Source of the DNA: Patellaria atrata CBS 101060
Taxonomy: Eukaryota
Assembly: GCA_010093705.1 (NCBI GenBank)
Contig: MU006095.1
Location: 496,001 to 560,000 of the forward strand
DNA: 64,000 nucleotides
Direction: 5' to 3'
This document shows positions 62,402 to 64,000 of the stretch, piece by piece (within the stretch, counting starts at the first letter, position 1; every line of letters begins with the position of its first letter). The notes under the pieces were generated by a model. The model saw only the letters and a program-made list of their open reading frames with translations, searched no databases and was not told the DNA's origin. A program made the translations under genes and the position numbers.

Positions 62402-64000
62402 ATGTCACGGCAGCAATACCCTTTTGCGGGTGACGACAGCGCGCCGTCTCCGCTGTAAGTTTGCATCTGATCGCCACCTGATCCTGTGAGCGAGGATCTA
62501 ACTTGAATGACAGAGATCAAAGGCCGCCAAATCCATTCCCTACCGGACAGCCTCCATCTTTCAAGACAAATGTCAATCGCATGAAGACTAAGAGATGGGT
62601 TGAAGCGAAGTCGTATTCTTACGATGGAGATGACTGGGGAGACGAATATGATGACTACGACGAGCCCGCTCTACCCCTAAAACCGACAGGTTTGAGGCAG
62701 CAAGGCCATGCAGGCGGCGCTGGAGAACCCTCCCGTAGCTTTACAAACCCAGAGGCCCAAGGACGGCCGCCGGTACCACGGAAAAACTCTTTTGAGGCTG
62801 GTGATGAGCGACGTACATTCTCATTGACATCTCCACAAAGCTCGCAAGGCTTTACTCGGCTCCCGCAAGTTGACACCACGAGATCATCTTCTGAGAATTA
62901 CATACCTATCCCTAGTGGGGTTACACCAGCGTCTGGTATACCTCAACAATCACAAGGACCATATACTCAGTCCAATCGTGTCGCTAGTGCTGCGAGCTGG
63001 GTCGCACCCTCAGAAGTGAGTGAGACAACTTCTACGGGAGATCCACAACTACGTAGGGACTTCTCGCCGTCCGCGCTTCCACCTCCGCTACAAACTCGAA
63101 TGTCACCTCCTCCGGGTGTTGGCCACCAACCTCCTCCAACCAGCTTCCCACCACGAAAGAGTAGCATCGGCCAGCAATCTCCGTTAGCTCAAGCTCCGCC
63201 ACCTTTATCATCTGCAGCTGAACCATCTGTCGAACAGCGGGATCGTTCCAATAGTAACCCAGCAAAAGCGCCAGCATTCATTCGACCGGCGGACATCTAT
63301 AAACGCATCGAGGCAGAGCGCCAAAAGGAGCGTGCATCGCTCGACACGGAACGTCCCAGCCTAGACACCCTACGAGGACGTCCGACAGATGAGAGTTCGG
63401 AGGATCAGAAGCGAGCAGAGAGCGCAGGACGGAGCGGAGCTCGTACTAGTTTAGATCGTGTAGATGAGAGCCATGAGATTCAACACCAGCTCCCGCCGCT
63501 AGAAACTGTCGCTGAACGGAAGAGCGAATACATGCCTACCTATTCCGTTGAGGGGTCCAGTGAGGCAGCTGGCGCTGGAACGGGGACAATTGACCCAACC
63601 ATGTCAAGGCATGAAACTCGAGCCGATAACTCATCGCATCAGCGCTCTGACTCTGACTGGCAACCAACACTCCCTCCAGTCAGTAGGATGTCCACTTTCG
63701 GTGATGACTTCTGGAAATCCGGACATTCTCGGGAACAGAGTGTAGATACTACAACTACTCCAGTACCTGATTCTGCGCCAAAGGATGCTGCTGGCCTTCA
63801 GCATCAACCATCTCTCGGATTTAAATCAGTTGTCCATCAAGCATTTGATAGGAAGGATGATTCGTCTGTTCCCCCTACTCCTGTGTCACGTCTAGCATCT
63901 GGCGATGAAGGTGGTGTCTCGAGGAGCAACACGAATAGTACGACTGGCATAAGCCCCATTATCAGTCGGGTACCAAGCACTGCTGTTAGAGCGCGTGATA
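62402..64000 (+). CDS. 5' part of a large Ser/Pro-rich fungal protein (FYV8-like N-terminal motif); runs off the window; intron 62455-62513
   Basis: Spliced MSRQQYPF...PSFKTNVNRMKTKRWVEAKSYSYDGDDWG, then FIRPADIYKR, GFKSVVHQAFDR and STTGISPIISR. The frame is open to 64000 and is absent from the ORF track because it has no stop. Confidence 0.8.

Noticed and set aside
1..64000. tRNA, rRNA or secondary-metabolite backbone genes
   Set aside because: No cloverleaf, rRNA, PKS or NRPS signature recognised by eye; tRNAscan-SE or Infernal would be needed to exclude small RNAs.

Overview
This is a eukaryotic window from a filamentous ascomycete (Pezizomycotina-type): short 50-70 nt GT-AG introns with CTAAC/CTGAC branch sites and intron-split genes, so the six-frame ORF track fragments or misses many of them. 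I rebuilt spliced models by eye. Recognisable genes: annexin C4-like (partial), a ~1840-aa protein joining a Pol-beta-type nucleotidyltransferase-like domain to ankyrin repeats, TOK1 K+ channel, a Ded1/Vasa-family DEAD-box helicase, a DUF3433-type membrane protein, a GlcG/HbpS (DUF336) protein, a multi-TM membrane protein, CAB2, IPI3, a NIPSNAP protein, CPT1/EPT1, a kelch-like single-pass membrane protein, SED5 and a partial FYV8-like gene. The accessory or decaying zones (about 19-24.5 kb, 28-33 kb and 39-42 kb) hold pseudogenes, solo-LTR-like repeats, a ~1.4-kb diverged inverted repeat and a 100-N assembly gap. The best candidate for an uncharacterised system is the nucleotidyltransferase-ankyrin fusion. 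Other leads are an orphan beta-rich tail-anchored protein followed by a perfect 52-bp palindrome, a tandem micro-protein pair, and consecutive non-canonical splice sites in CPT1. All family calls come from motif recognition; no searches were run.
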